Of a stretch of DNA of 64,000 nt, positions 46,501-61,500 are shown piece by piece. A program made the position numbers and the translations under genes. The stretch's first letter is position 1, and each line of letters opens with the position of its first letter. The stretch lies in NCBI RefSeq assembly GCF_009914755.1, contig NC_060925.1, one strand, 5' to 3'. This DNA comes from the human T2T-CHM13v2.0 reference genome, Homo sapiens. The notes below the pieces were generated by a model. The model saw only the letters and a list, made by a program, of their open reading frames with translations. It made no database searches and had not been told where the DNA came from.

Positions 46501-49500
46501 AACGATCCTTTACACAGAGCAGACTTGAAACACTCTTTTTGTGGAATTTGCAAGTGGAGATTTCAGCCGCTTTGAGGTCAATGGTAGAAAAGGAAATATC
46601 TTCGTATAAAGACTAGACAGAATGATTCTCAGAAACTCCTTTGTGATGTGTGCGTTCAACTCACAGAGTTTAACCTTTCTGTTCATAGAGCAGTTAGGAA
46701 ACACTCTGTTTGTAAAGTCTGCAAGTGGATATTCAGACCTCCTTGAGGCCTTCGTTGGAAACGGGATTTCTTCATATTCTGCTAGACAGAAGAATTCTCA
46801 GTAACTTCCTTGTGTTGTGTGTATTCAACTCACAGAGTTGAACGATCCTTTACACAGAGCAGACTTGAAACACTCTTTTTGTGGAATTTGCAAGTGGAGA
46901 TTTCAGCCGCTTTGAGGTCAATGGTAGAAAAGGATATATCTTCGTATAAAGACTAGACAGAATGATTCTCAGAAACTCCTTTGTGATGTGTGCGTACAAC
47001 TCACAGAGTTTAACTTTTCTTTTCATAGAGCAGTTAGGAAACACTCTGTTTGTAAAGTCTGCAAGTGGATATTCAGACCTCTTTGAGGCCTTCGTTGGAA
47101 ACGGGATTTCTTCATATTATGCTAGACAGAAGAATTCTCAGTAACTTCCTTGTGTTGTGTGTATTCAACTCACAGAGTTGAACGATCCTTTACACAGAGC
47201 AGACTTGAAACACTCTTTTTGTGGAATTTGCAAGTGGAGATTTCAGCCGCTTTGAGGTCAATGGTAGAATAGGAAATATCTTCCTATAGAAACTAGACAG
47301 AATGATTCTCATAATCTCCTTTGTGATGTGTCCGTTCAACTCACAGAGTTTAACCTTCCTTTTCATAGAGCAGTTAGGAAACACTCTGTTTGTAAAGTCT
47401 GCAAGTGGATATTCAGACCTCCTTGAGGCCTTCGTTGGAAACGGGATTTCTTCATATTCTGCTAGACAGAAGAATTCTCAGTAACTTCCTTGTGTTGTGT
47501 GTATTCAACTCACAGAGTTGAACGATCCTTTACACAGAGCAGACTTGAAACACTCTTTTTGTAGAATTTCCAAGTGGAGATTTCAGCCGCTTTGAGGTCA
47601 ATAGTGGAAAAGGAAATATCTTCGTAGAAAAACTAGACAGAATTATTCTCAGAAACTCCTTTGTGATGTGTGTGTTCAACTCACAGAGTTTAACCTTTCT
47701 TTTCATAGAGCAGTTAGTAAACACTCTGTTTATAAAGTCTGCAAGTGGATATTCAGACCCCTTTGAGGCCTTCGTTGGAAAAGGGATTTCTTCATATTAT
47801 GCTAGACAGAAGAATTCTCAGTAACTTCCTTGTGTTGTGTGTATTCAACTCACAGAGTTGAACGATCCTTTACAGAGAGTAGACTTGAAACACTCTTTTT
47901 TTGGAATTTGCAAGTGGAGATTTCAGCCGCTTTGAGGTCAATGGTAGAATAGGAAATATCTTCCTATAGAAACTAGACAGAATGATTCTCATAAACTCCT
48001 TTGTGATGTGTGCGTTCAACTCACAGAGTTTAACCTTTCTTTTCATACAGCAGTTAGGAAACACTCTGTTTGTAAAGTCTGCAAGTGGATATTCAGACCT
48101 CTTTGAGGCCTTCGTTGGAAACGGGATTTCTTCATATTCTGCTAGACAGAAGAATTCTCAGTAACTTCCTTGTGTTGTGTGTATTCAACTGACAGAGTTG
48201 AACTTTCATTTAGAGAGAGCAGATTTGAAACACTGTTTTTGTGGAATTTGCAAGTGGAGATTTCAAGCGCTTTGGGGCCAAAGACAGAAAAGGAAATATC
48301 TTCGTATAAAAACTAGACAGAATCATTCTCAGAAACTGCTGCGTGATGTGTGCGTTCAACTATCAGAGTTTAACTTTTCTTTTCATTCAGCGGTTTGGAA
48401 ACACTCTGTTTGTAAAGTCTGCACGTGGATATTTTGACCACTTAGAGGCCTTCGTTGGAAACGGGTTTTTTGCATGTAAGGCTAAACAGAAGAATTCCCA
48501 GTAACTTCCTTGTGTTGTGTGCATTCAACTCACAGAATTGAACGTTCCCTTAGACAGAGCAGATTTGAAACACTCTATTTGTGCAATTTGCAAGTGTAGA
48601 TTTCAAGCGCTTTAAGGTCAATGGCAGAAAAGGAAATATCTTCGTTTCAAAACTAGACAGAATCATTCCCACAAACTGCGTTGTGATGTCTTCGTTCAAC
48701 TCACAGAGTTTAACCTTTCTGTTCATGGAGCAGTTAGGAAACACTCTGTTTGTAAAGTCTGTAAGTGGATATTCTGACATCTTGTGGCCTTCGTTGGAAA
48801 CGGGATTTCTTCATATTCTGCTAGACGGAAGAATTCTCAGTAACTTCCTTGTGTTGTGTGTATTCAACTCACAGAGTTGAACGATCCTTTACACAGAGCA
48901 GACTTGAAACACTCTTTTTGTGGAATTTGCAAGTGGAGATTTCAGCCGCTTTGAGGTCAATGGTAGAAAAGTAAATATCTTCGTATAAAAACTAGACAGA
49001 ATGATTCTCAGAAACTCCTTTGTGATGTGTGCGTTCAACTCACAGAGTTTAACTTTTCTTTTCATAGAGCAGTTAGGAAACACTCTGTTTGTAAAGTCTG
49101 CAAGTGGATATTCAGACCTCTTTGAGGCCTTCGTTGGAAACGGGATTTCTTCATATTATGCTAGACAGAATAATTCTCAGTAACTTCCTTGTGTTGTGTG
49201 TATTCAACTCACAGAGTTGAACGATCCATTACAGAGAGCAGACTTGAAACACTCTTTTTGTGGAATTTGCAAGTGGAGATTTCAGCCGCTTTGAGGTCAA
49301 TGGTAGAATAGGAAATATCTTCCTATAGAAACTAGACAGAATGATTCTCAGAAACTCCTTTGTGATGTGTGCGTTCAACTCACAGAGTTTAACCTTTCTT
49401 TTCATAGAGCAGTTAGGAAACACTCTGTTTGTAAAGTCTGCAAGTGGATATTCAGACCTCTTTGAGGCCTTCGTTGGAAACGGGATTTCTTCATATTCTG

Positions 49501-52500
49501 CTAGACAGAAGAATTCTCAGTAACTTCCTTGTGTTGTGTGTATTCAACTGACAGAGTTGAACTTTCATTTAGAGAGAGCAGATTTGAAACACTGTTTTTG
49601 TGGAATTTGCAAGTGGAGATTTCAAGCGCTTTGGGGCCAAAGGCAGAAAAGGAAATATCTTCGTATAAAAACTAGACAGAATCATTCTTAGAAACTGCTG
49701 CGTGATGTGTGCGTTCAACTCTCAGAGTTTAACTTTTCTTTTCATTCAGCGGTTTGGAAACACTCTGTTTGTAATGTCTGCACGTGGATATTTTGACCAC
49801 TTAGAGGCCTTCGTTGGAAACGGGTTTTTTGCATGTAAGGCTAGACAGAAGAATTCCCAGTAACTTCCTTGTGTTGTGTGCATTCAACTCACAGAGTTGA
49901 ACGTTCCCTTAGAGAGAGCAGATTTGAAACACTCTATTTGTGCAATTTGCAAGTGTAGATTTCAAGCGCTTTAAGGTCAATGGCAGAAAAGGAAATATCT
50001 TCGTTTCAAAACTAGACAGAATCATTCCCACAAACTGCGTTGTGATGTGTTCGTTCAACTCACAGAGTTTAACCTTTCTGTTCATAGAGCAGTTAGGAAA
50101 CACTCTGTTTGTAAAGTCTGTAAGTGGATATTCTGACATCTTATGGCCTTCGTTGGAAACGGGATTTCTTCATATTCTGCTAGACAGAAGAATTCTCAGT
50201 AACTTCCTTGTGTTGTGTGTATTCAACTCACAGAGTTGAACGATCCTTTACACAGAGCAGACTTGAAACACTCTTTTTGTGGAATTTGCAAGTGGAGATT
50301 TCAGCCGCTTTGAGGTCAATGGTAGAAAAGGAAATATCTTCGTATAAAGACTAGACAGAATGATTCTCAGAAACTCCTTTGTGACGTGTGCGATCAACTC
50401 ACAGAGTTTAACCTTTCTTTTCATAGAGCAGTTAGGAAACACTCTGTTTGTAAAGTCTGCAAGTGGATATTCAGACCTCCTTGAGGCCTTCTTTGGAAAC
50501 GGGATTTCTTCATATTCTGCTAGACAGAAGAATTCTCAGTAATTTCCTTGTGTTGTGTGTATTCAACTCACAGAGTTGAACGATCCTTTACACAGAGCAG
50601 ACTTGAAACACTCTTTTTGTGGAATTTGCAAGTGGAGATTTCAGCCGCTTTGAGGTCAATGGTAGAAAAGGAAATATCTTCGTATAAAGACTAGACAGAA
50701 AGATTCTCAGAAACTCCTTTGTGATGTGTGCGTTCAACTCACAGAGTTTAAATTTTCTTTTCATAGAGCAGTTAGGAAACACTCTGGAAACGGGATTTCT
50801 TCATATTATGCTATACAGAATAATTCTCAGTAACTTCCTTGTGTTGTGTGTATTCAACTCACAGAGTTGTACGATCCTTTACACAGAGCAGACTTGAAAC
50901 ACTCTTTTTGTGGAATTTGCAAGTGGAGATTTCAGCCGCTTTGAGGTGAATGGTAGAAAAGGAAACTATCTTCGTATAAAGACTAGACAGAATGATTCTC
51001 AGAAAATCCTTTGTGATGTGTGCGTTCAACTCACAGAGTTTAACTTTTCTTTTCATATAGCAGTTAGGAAACACTTTGTTTGTAAAGTCTGCAAGTGGAT
51101 ATTCAGACCTCTTTGAGGCCTTCGTTGGAAACGGGATTTCTTCATATTCTGCTAGACAGAAGAATTCTCAGTAACTTCCTTGTGTTGTGTGTATTCAACT
51201 CACAGAGTTGAACGATCCTTTACACAGAGCAGACTTGAAACACTCTTTTTGTGGAATTTGCAAGTGGAGATTTCAGCCGCTTTGAGGTCAATTGTAGAAA
51301 AGGAAATATCTTCGTATAAAGACTAGACAGAATGATTCTCAGAAACTCCTTTGTGATGTGTGCGTTCAACTCACAGAGTTTAACTTTTCTTTTCATAGAG
51401 CAGTTAGGAAACACTCTGTAATGTCTGCAAGTGGATATTCAGACCTCTTTGAGGCCTTCGTTGGAAACGGGATTTCTTCATATTATGCTAGACAGAATAA
51501 TTCTCAGTAACTTCCTTGTGTTGTGTGCATTCAACTCACAGAGTTGAACGATCCTTTACAGAGAGCAGACTTGAAACACTCTTTTTGTGGAATTTGCAAG
51601 TGGAGATTTCAGCCGCTTTGAGGTCAATTGTAGAATAGGAAATATCTTCCTACAGAAACTAGACAGAATGATTCTCATAAACTCCTTTGTGATGTGTGCG
51701 TTCAACTCACAGAGTTTAACCTTTCTTTTCATAGAGCAGTTAGGAAACACTCTGTTTGTAAAGTCTGCAAGTGGATATTCAGACCCCTTTGAGGCCTTCG
51801 TTGAAAACGGGATTTCTTCATATTCTGCTAGACAGAAGAATTCTCAGTAACTTCCTTGTGTTGTGTGTATTCAACTGACAGAGTTGAACTTTCATTTAGA
51901 TAGAGCAGATTTGAAACACTGTTTTTGTGGAATTTGCAGGTGGAGATTTCAAGCGCTTTGGGGCCAAAGGCAGAAAAGGAAATATCTTCGTATAAAAACT
52001 AGACAGAATCATTCTCAGAAACTGCTGCGTGATGTGTGCGTTCAACTCTCAGAGTTTAACTTTCTTTTCATTCAGCGGTTTGGAAACACTCTGTTTGTAA
52101 AGTCTGCACGTGGATATTTTGACCACTTAGAGGCCTTCGTTGGAAACGGGTTTTTTTCATGTAAGGCTAGACAGAAGAATTCCCAGTAACTTCCTTGTGT
52201 TGTGTGCATTCAACTCACAGAGTTGAACGTTCCCTTAGACAGAGCAGATTTGAAACACTCTATTTGTGCAATTTGCAAGTGTAGATTTCAAGCGCTTTAA
52301 GGTCAATGGCAGAAAAGGAAATATCTTCGTTTCAAAACTAGACAGAATCATTCCCACAAACTGCGTTGTGATGTGTTCGTTCAACTCACAGAGTTTAACC
52401 TTTCTGTTCATAGAGCAGTTAGGAAACACTCTGTTTGTAAAGTCTGTAAGTGGATATTCTGACCTCCTTGAGGGCTTCGTTGGAAACGGGATTTCTTCAT

Positions 52501-55500
52501 ATTCTGCTAGACAGACGAATTCTCAGTAACTTCCTTGTGTTGTGTGTATTCAACTCACAGAGTTGAACGATCCTTTACACAGAGCAGACTTGAAACACTC
52601 TTTTTGTGGAATTTGCAAGTGGAGATTTCAGCCGCTTTGAGGTCAATGGTAGAAAAGGAAACTATCTTCGTATAAAGACTAGACAGAATGATTCTCAGAA
52701 AATCCTTTGTGATGTGTGCGTTCAACACACAGAGTTTAACTTTTCTTTTCTTAGAGCAGTTAGGAAACAGTCTGTTTGTAAAGTCTGCAAGTGGATATTC
52801 AGACCTCTTTGAGGCCTTCGTTGGAAACGGGATTTCTTCATATTCTGCTAGACAGAAGAATTCTCAGTAACTTCCTTGTGTTGTGTGTATTCAACTCACA
52901 GAGTTGAACGATCCTTTACACAGAGCAGACTTGAAACACTCTTTTTGTGGAATTTGCAAGTGGAGATTTCAGCCCCTTTGAGGTCAATGGTAGAATAGGA
53001 AATATCTTCCTATAGAAACTAGACAGAATGATTCTCATAATCTCCTTTGTGATGTGTCCGTTCAACTCACAGAGTTTAACCTTCCTTTTCATAGAGCAGT
53101 TAGGAAACACTCTGTTTGTAAAGTCTGTAAGTGGATATTCTGACCTCCTTGAGGGCTTCGTTGGAAACGGGATTTCTTCATATTATGCTAGACAGAATAA
53201 TTCTCAGTAACTTCCTTGTGTTGTGTGTATTCAACTGACAGAGTTGAACTTTCATTTAGAGAGAGCAGATTTGAAACACTGTTTTTGTGGAATTTGCAAG
53301 TGGAGATTTCAAGCGCTTTGGGGCCAAAGACAGAAAAGGAAATATCTTCGTATAAAAACTAGACAGAATCATTCTCAGAAACTGCTGCGTGATGTGTGCG
53401 TTCAACTCTCAGAGTTTAACTTTTCTTTTCATTCAGCCGTTTGGAAACACTCTGTTTGTAAAGTCTGCACGTGGATATTTTGACCACTTAGAGGCCTTCG
53501 TTGGAAACGGGTTTTTTGCATGTAAGGCTAGACAGAAGAATTCCCAGTAACTTCCTTGTGTTGTGTGCATTCAACTCACAGAGTTGAACGTTCCCTTAGA
53601 CAGAGCAGATTTGAAACACTCTACTTGTGCAATTTGCAAGTGTAGATTTCAAGCGCTTTAAGGTCAATGGCAGAAAAGGAAATATCTTCGTTTCAAAACT
53701 AGACAGAATCATTCCCACAAACTGCGTTGTGATGTGTTCGTTCAACTCACAGAGTTTAACCTTTCTGTTCATAGAGCAGTTAGGAAACACTCTGTTTGTA
53801 AAGTCTGCAAGTGGATATTCAGACCTCCTTGAGGCCTTCGTTGGAAACGGGATTTCTTCATATTCTGCTAGACAGAAGAATTCTCAGTAACTTCCTTGTG
53901 TTGTGTGTATTCAACTCACAGAGTGGAACGATCGTTTACACAGGGGCAGACTTGAAACACTCTTTTTGTGGAATTTGCAAGTGGAGATTTCAGCCGCTTT
54001 GAGGTCAATGGTAGAAAAGGAAATATCTTCGTATAAAGACTAGACAGAATGATTCTCAGAAACTCCTTTGTGATGTGAGCGTTCAACTCACAGAGTTTAA
54101 CTTTTCTTTTCATAGAGCAGTTAGGAAACACTCTGTTTGTAAAGTCTGCAAGTGGATATTCAGACCGCTTTGAGGCCTTCGTTGAAAACGGGATTTCTTC
54201 ATATTATGCTAGACAGAATAATTCTCAGTAACTTCCTTGTGTTGTGTGTATTCAACTCACAGAGTTGAACGATCCTTTACAGAGAGCAGACTTGAAACAC
54301 TCTTTTTGTGGAATTTGCAAGTGGAGATTTCAGCCGCTTTGAGGTCAAAGGTAGAATAGGAAATATCTTCCTATAGAAACTAGACAGAATGATTCTCAGA
54401 AACTCCTTTGTGATGTGTGCGTTCAACTCACAGAGTTTAACCTTTCTTTTCATAGAGCAGTTAGGAAACACTTTGTTTGTAAAGTCTGCAAGTGGATATT
54501 CAGACCTCTTTGAGGCCTTCGTTGGAAACGGGATTTCTTCATATTCTGCTAGACAGAAGAATTCTCAGTAACTTCCTTGTGTTGTGTGCATTCAACTCAC
54601 AGAGTTGAACGTTCCCTTAGACAGAGCAGATTTGAAACACTCTATTTGTGCAATTTGCAAGTGTAGATTTCAAGCGCTTTAAGGTCAATGGCAGAAAAGG
54701 AAATATCTTCGTTTCAAAACTAGACAGAATCATTCCCACAAACTGCGTTGTGATGTGTTCGTTCAACTCACAGAGTTTAACCTTTCTGTTCATAGAGCAG
54801 TTAGGAAACACTCTGTTTGTAAAGTCTGTAAGTGGATATTCTGACCTCCTTGAGGGCTTCGTTGGAAACGGGATTTCTTCATATTCTGCTAGACAGACGA
54901 ATTCTCAGTAACTTCCTTGTGTTGTGTGTATTCAACTCACAGAGTTGAACGATCCTTTACACAGAGCAGACTTGAAACACTCTTTTTGTGGAATTTGCAA
55001 GTGGAGATTTCAGCCGCTTTGAGGTCAATGGTAGAATAGGAAATATCTTCCTATAGAAACTAGACAGAATGATTCTCATAATCTCCTTTGTGATGTGTCC
55101 GTTCAACTCACAGAGTTTAACCTTCCTTTTCATAGAGCAGTTAGGAAACACTCTGTTTGTAAAGTCTGCAAGTGGATATTCAGACCTCTTTGAGGCCTTC
55201 GTTGGAAACGGGATTTCTTCATATTATGCTAGACAGAATAATTCTCAGTAACTTCCTTGTGTTGTGTGTATTCAACTGACAGAGTTGAACTTTCATTTAG
55301 AGAGAGCAGATTTGAAACACTGTTTTTGTGGAATTTGCAAGTGGAGATTTCAAGCGCTTTGGGGCCAAAGACAGAAAAGGAAATATCTTCGTATAAAAAC
55401 TAGACAGAATCATTCTCAGAAACTGCTGCGTGATGTGTGCGTTCAACTCTCAGAGTTTAACTTTTCTTTTCATTCAGCCGTTTGGAAACACTCTGTTTGT

Positions 55501-58500
55501 AAAGTCTGCACGTGGATATTTTGACCACTTAGAGGCCTTCGTTGGAAACGGGTTTTTTGCATGTAAGGCTAGACAGAAGAATTCCCAGTAACTTCCTTGT
55601 GTTGTGTGCATTCAACTCACAGAGTTGAACGTTCCCTTAGACAGAGCAGATTTGAAACACTCTACTTGTGCAATTTGCAAGTGTAGATTTCAAGCGCTTT
55701 AAGGTCAATGGCAGAAAAGGAAATATCTTCGTTTCAAAACTAGACAGAATCATTCCCACAAACTGCGTTGTGATGTGTTCGTTCAACTCACAGAGTTTAA
55801 CCTTTCTGTTCATAGAGCAGTTAGGAAACACTCTGTTTGTAAAGTCTGCAAGTGGATATTCAGACCTCCTTGAGGCCTTCGTTGGAAACGGGATTTCTTC
55901 ATATTCTGCTAGACAGAAGAATTCTCAGTAACTTCCTTGTGTTGTGTGTATTCAACTCACAGAGTGGAACGATCGTTTACACAGGGGCAGACTTGAAACA
56001 CTCTTTTTGTGGAATTTGCAAGTGGAGATTTCAGCCGCTTTGAGGTCAATGGTAGAAAAGGAAATATCTTCGTATAAAGACTAGACAGAATGATTCTCAG
56101 AAACTCCTTTGTGATGTGAGCGTTCAACTCACAGAGTTTAACTTTTCTTTTCATAGAGCAGTTAGGAAACACTCTGTTTGTAAAGTCTGCAAGTGGATAT
56201 TCAGACCGCTTTGAGGCCTTCGTTGAAAACGGGATTTCTTCATATTATGCTAGACAGAATAATTCTCAGTAACTTCCTTGTGTTGTGTGTATTCAACTCA
56301 CAGAGTTGAACGATCCTTTACAGAGAGCAGACTTGAAACACTCTTTTTGTGGAATTTGCAAGTGGAGATTTCAGCCGCTTTGAGGTCAAAGGTAGAATAG
56401 GAAATATCTTCCTATAGAAACTAGACAGAATGATTCTCAGAAACTCCTTTGTGATGTGTGCGTTCAACTCACAGAGTTTAACCTTTCTTTTCATAGAGCA
56501 GTTAGGAAACACTTTGTTTGTAAAGTCTGCAAGTGGATATTCAGACCTCTTTGAGGCCTTCGTTGGAAACGGGATTTCTTCATATTCTGCTAGACAGAAG
56601 AATTCTCAGTAACTTCCTTGTGTTGTGTGCATTCAACTCACAGAGTTGAACGTTCCCTTAGACAGAGCAGATTTGAAACACTCTATTTGTGCAATTTGCA
56701 AGTGTAGATTTCAAGCGCTTTAAGGTCAATGGCAGAAAAGGAAATATCTTCGTTTCAAAACTAGACAGAATCATTCCCACAAACTGCGTTGTGATGTGTT
56801 CGTTCAACTCACAGAGTTTAACCTTTCTGTTCATAGAGCAGTTAGGAAACACTCTGTTTGTAAAGTCTGTAAGTGGATATTCTGACATCTTGTGGCCTTC
56901 GTTGGAAACGGGATTTCTTCATATTCTGCTAGACAGAAGAATTCTCAGTAACTTCCTTGTGTTGTGTGTATTCAACTCACAGAGTTGAACGATCCTTTAC
57001 ACAGAGCAGACTTGAAACACTCTTTTTGTGGAATTTGCAAGTGGAGATTTCAGCCGCTTTGAGGTCAATGGTAGAAAAGGAAATATCTTCGTATAAAGAC
57101 TAGACAGAATGATTCTCAGAAACTCCTTTGTGATGTGTGCGTTCAACTCACAGAGTTTAACCTTTCTGTTCATAGAGCAGTTAGGAAACACTCTGTTTGT
57201 AAAGTCTGCAAGTGGATATTCAGACCTCCTTGAGGCCTTCGTTGGAAACGGGATTTCTTCATATTCTGCTAGACAGAAGAATTCTCAGTAACTTCCTTGT
57301 GTTGTGTGTATTCAACTCACAGAGTTGAACGATCCTTTACACAGAGCAGACTTGAAACACTCTTTTTGTGGAATTTGCAAGTGGAGATTTCAGCCGCTTT
57401 GAGGTCAATGGTAGAAAAGGATATATCTTCGTATAAAGACTAGACAGAATGATTCTCAGAAACTCCTTTGTGATGTGTGCGTACAACTCACAGAGTTTAA
57501 CTTTTCTTTTCATAGAGCAGTTAGGAAACACTCTGTTTGTAAAGTCTGCAAGTGGATATTCAGACCTCTTTGAGGCCTTCGTTGGAAACGGGATTTCTTC
57601 ATATTCTGCTAGACAGAAGAATTCTCAGTAACTTCCTTGTGTTGTGTGTATTCAACTCACAGAGTTGAACGATCCTTTACACAGAGCAGACTTGAAACAC
57701 TCTTTTTGTGGAATTTGCAAGTGGAGATTTCAGCCGCTTTGAGGTCAATGGTAGAATAGGAAATATCTTCCTATAGAAACTAGACAGAATGATTCTCATA
57801 ATCTCCTTTGTGATGTGTCCGTTCAACTCACAGAGTTTAACCTTCCTTTTCATAGAGCAGTTAGGAAACACTCTGTTTGTAAAGTCTGCAAGTGGATATT
57901 CAGACCTCCTTGAGGCCTTCGTTGGAAACGGGATTTCTTCATATTCTGCTAGACAGAAGAATTCTCAGTAACTTCCTTGTGTTGTGTGTATTCAACTCAC
58001 AGAGTTGAACGATCCTTTACACAGAGCAGACTTGAAACACTCTTTTTGTAGAATTTCCAAGTGGAGATTTCAGCCGCTTTGAGGTCAATAGTGGAAAAGG
58101 AAATATCTTCGTAGAAAAACTAGACAGAATTATTCTCAGAAACTCCTTTGTGATGTGTGTGTTCAACTCACAGAGTTTAACCTTTCTTTTCATAGAGCAG
58201 TTAGTAAACACTCTGTTTATAAAGTCTGCAAGTGGATATTCAGACCCCTTTGAGGCCTTCGTTGGAAAAGGGATTTCTTCATATTATGCTAGACAGAAGA
58301 ATTCTCAGTAACTTCCTTGTGTTGTGTGTATTCAACTCACAGAGTTGAACGATCCTTTACAGAGAGTAGACTTGAAACACTCTTTTTTTGGAATTTGCAA
58401 GTGGAGATTTCAGCCGCTTTGAGGTCAATGGTAGAATAGGAAATATCTTCCTATAGAAACTAGACAGAATGATTCTCATAAACTCCTTTGTGATGTGTGC

Positions 58501-61500
58501 GTTCAACTCACAGAGTTTAACCTTTCTTTTCATACAGCAGTTAGGAAACACTCTGTTTGTAAAGTCTGCAAGTGGATATTCAGACCTCTTTGAGGCCTTC
58601 GTTGGAAACGGGATTTCTTCATATTCTGCTAGACAGAAGAATTCTCAGTAACTTCCTTGTGTTGTGTGTATTCAACTGACAGAGTTGAACTTTCATTTAG
58701 AGAGAGCAGATTTGAAACACTGTTTTTGTGGAATTTGCAAGTGGAGATTTCAAGCGCTTTGGGGCCAAAGACAGAAAAGGAAATATCTTCGTATAAAAAC
58801 TAGACAGAATCATTCTCAGAAACTGCTGCGTGATGTGTGCGTTCAACTATCAGAGTTTAACTTTTCTTTTCATTCAGCGGTTTGGAAACACTCTGTTTGT
58901 AAAGTCTGCACGTGGATATTTTGACCACTTAGAGGCCTTCGTTGGAAACGGGTTTTTTGCATGTAAGGCTAAACAGAAGAATTCCCAGTAACTTCCTTGT
59001 GTTGTGTGCATTCAACTCACAGAATTGAACGTTCCCTTAGACAGAGCAGATTTGAAACACTCTATTTGTGCAATTTGCAAGTGTAGATTTCAAGCGCTTT
59101 AAGGTCAATGGCAGAAAAGGAAATATCTTCGTTTCAAAACTAGACAGAATCATTCCCACAAACTGCGTTGTGATGTCTTCGTTCAACTCACAGAGTTTAA
59201 CCTTTCTGTTCATGGAGCAGTTAGGAAACACTCTGTTTGTAAAGTCTGTAAGTGGATATTCTGACATCTTGTGGCCTTCGTTGGAAACGGGATTTCTTCA
59301 TATTCTGCTAGACGGAAGAATTCTCAGTAACTTCCTTGTGTTGTGTGTATTCAACTCACAGAGTTGAACGATCCTTTACACAGAGCAGACTTGAAACACT
59401 CTTTTTGTGGAATTTGCAAGTGGAGATTTCAGCCGCTTTGAGGTCAATGGTAGAAAAGTAAATATCTTCGTATAAAAACTAGACAGAATGATTCTCAGAA
59501 ACTCCTTTGTGATGTGTGCGTTCAACTCACAGAGTTTAACTTTTCTTTTCATAGAGCAGTTAGGAAACACTCTGTTTGTAAAGTCTGCAAGTGGATATTC
59601 AGACCTCTTTGAGGCCTTCGTTGGAAACGGGATTTCTTCATATTATGCTAGACAGAATAATTCTCAGTAACTTCCTTGTGTTGTGTGTATTCAACTCACA
59701 GAGTTGAACGATCCATTACAGAGAGCAGACTTGAAACACTCTTTTTGTGGAATTTGCAAGTGGAGATTTCAGCCGCTTTGAGGTCAATGGTAGAATAGGA
59801 AATATCTTCCTATAGAAACTAGACAGAATGATTCTCAGAAACTCCTTTGTGATGTGTGCGTTCAACTCACAGAGTTTAACCTTTCTTTTCATAGAGCAGT
59901 TAGGAAACACTCTGTTTGTAAAGTCTGCAAGTGGATATTCAGACCTCTTTGAGGCCTTCGTTGGAAACGGGATTTCTTCATATTCTGCTAGACAGAAGAA
60001 TTCTCAGTAACTTCCTTGTGTTGTGTGTATTCAACTGACAGAGTTGAACTTTCATTTAGAGAGAGCAGATTTGAAACACTGTTTTTGTGGAATTTGCAAG
60101 TGGAGATTTCAAGCGCTTTGGGGCCAAAGGCAGAAAAGGAAATATCTTCGTATAAAAACTAGACAGAATCATTCTTAGAAACTGCTGCGTGATGTGTGCG
60201 TTCAACTCTCAGAGTTTAACTTTTCTTTTCATTCAGCGGTTTGGAAACACTCTGTTTGTAATGTCTGCACGTGGATATTTTGACCACTTAGAGGCCTTCG
60301 TTGGAAACGGGTTTTTTGCATGTAAGGCTAGACAGAAGAATTCCCAGTAACTTCCTTGTGTTGTGTGCATTCAACTCACAGAGTTGAACGTTCCCTTAGA
60401 GAGAGCAGATTTGAAACACTCTATTTGTGCAATTTGCAAGTGTAGATTTCAAGCGCTTTAAGGTCAATGGCAGAAAAGGAAATATCTTCGTTTCAAAACT
60501 AGACAGAATCATTCCCACAAACTGCGTTGTGATGTGTTCGTTCAACTCACAGAGTTTAACCTTTCTGTTCATAGAGCAGTTAGGAAACACTCTGTTTGTA
60601 AAGTCTGTAAGTGGATATTCTGACATCTTATGGCCTTCGTTGGAAACGGGATTTCTTCATATTCTGCTAGACAGAAGAATTCTCAGTAACTTCCTTGTGT
60701 TGTGTGTATTCAACTCACAGAGTTGAACGATCCTTTACACAGAGCAGACTTGAAACACTCTTTTTGTGGAATTTGCAAGTGGAGATTTCAGCCGCTTTGA
60801 GGTCAATGGTAGAAAAGGAAATATCTTCGTATAAAGACTAGACAGAATGATTCTCAGAAACTCCTTTGTGATGTGTGCGATCAACTCACAGAGTTTAACC
60901 TTTCTTTTCATAGAGCAGTTAGGAAACACTCTGTTTGTAAAGTCTGCAAGTGGATATTCAGACCTCCTTGAGGCCTTCTTTGGAAACGGGATTTCTTCAT
61001 ATTCTGCTAGACAGAAGAATTCTCAGTAATTTCCTTGTGTTGTGTGTATTCAACTCACAGAGTTGAACGATCCTTTACACAGAGCAGACTTGAAACACTC
61101 TTTTTGTGGAATTTGCAAGTGGAGATTTCAGCCGCTTTGAGGTCAATGGTAGAAAAGGAAATATCTTCGTATAAAGACTAGACAGAAAGATTCTCAGAAA
61201 CTCCTTTGTGATGTGTGCGTTCAACTCACAGAGTTTAAATTTTCTTTTCATAGAGCAGTTAGGAAACACTCTGGAAACGGGATTTCTTCATATTATGCTA
61301 TACAGAATAATTCTCAGTAACTTCCTTGTGTTGTGTGTATTCAACTCACAGAGTTGTACGATCCTTTACACAGAGCAGACTTGAAACACTCTTTTTGTGG
61401 AATTTGCAAGTGGAGATTTCAGCCGCTTTGAGGTCAATGGTAGAAAAGGAAACTATCTTCGTATAAAGACTAGACAGAATGATTCTCAGAAAATCCTTTG

